Shown: piece after piece, positions 63,801 to 64,000 of the stretch
Layout: every line of letters starts with the position of its first letter
Numbering within the stretch: position 1 is the stretch's first letter
Origin: Mobula hypostoma
Taxonomy: Eukaryota
Length of the DNA stretch: 64,000 nucleotides
Reading direction: 5' to 3'
NCBI RefSeq assembly: GCF_963921235.1
Contig: NC_086097.1
Span: 149,236,001-149,300,000, forward strand
Notes under the pieces: model-generated
Told to the model about the DNA's origin: nothing
Database searches by the model: none
What the model saw: only the letters and a program-made list of their open reading frames with translations
Made by a program: the position numbers and the translations under genes

Positions 63801-63925
63801 TTTATTTAATTTGGTTCTCTTTATCTAGTTTTAGGACTTGCATGAAGATATGATCACATTTTAGGTCATATTTAAGCAGAAATGGAGGAAATTCTGCAGG
63901 GTTCACAAACTTTCTAGCACCACAG
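60868..63925 (+). mobile_element. Tc1-family IR/DR transposon (Frog Prince/Txr-like), decayed, with nested Penelope pieces
   Basis: TA|CAGTGGTGCTAGAAAGTTTGTGA…TCACAAACTTTCTAGCACCACAG|TA, inverted repeats about 215 bp. Transposase from ATG 61254: MPRSKQLSED…[48 protein letters not shown]; ends GGHTSY* near 63700. Confidence 0.92.
62231..63636 (-). mobile_element. Two head-to-tail Penelope 3' fragments
   Basis: GIY-YIG remnant VIYCIRCSQCGLQCIGE and two terminal repeats (about 62231 and 63035). Flanked by ttaccagaaat at 62220-62230 and 63648-63658. Confidence 0.88.
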
Positions 63926-64000
63926 TACTATATTGTTAGCTGGGTCACTTGACAGCTATTACCTCAGGGCGGTTGTACTTAATTTCACAACCTCTCATGG

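Overview
Vertebrate genomic DNA, most likely a cartilaginous fish (ray or shark), inferred from the repeat mix of CR1, Penelope, Rex1/RTE, V-domain SINEs and Tc1/pogo elements. Two host genes lie on the + strand. (1) The last four coding exons of a phospholipase C-gamma gene (C2 domain and C-terminal tail; 9167-9328, 11015-11103, 16046-16230, 18456-18516), with a 3'UTR running to about 19.6 kb. (2) The CpG-island promoter, a probable non-coding first exon and the first three coding exons of a PHF20L1-type tandem-Tudor gene (45805-45887, 53610-53781, 60606-60690), which continues past the window. Most of the rest is decayed and often nested transposable elements, and nearly all ORFs in the supplied track are TE fragments or their antisense shadows. 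The leads most worth checking are: a PLC-gamma with mixed PLCG1/PLCG2 tail features next to PHF20L1 (possibly an ohnologue lost in mammals); a duplicated splice acceptor that would truncate this protein; Penelope-derived minimal hammerhead ribozyme motifs, one with an intact core in a fold-back just past the PLC-gamma poly(A) signals; an 84-bp-arm palindrome in an intronic Tigger-like element; uORFs in the PHF20L1 leader; and a CORE-like SINE with a possible kissing-loop fold. No prokaryotic systems or CRISPR arrays were seen. Family assignments come from recalled motifs, not database searches, and TE boundaries are approximate unless a TIR or TSD is quoted.
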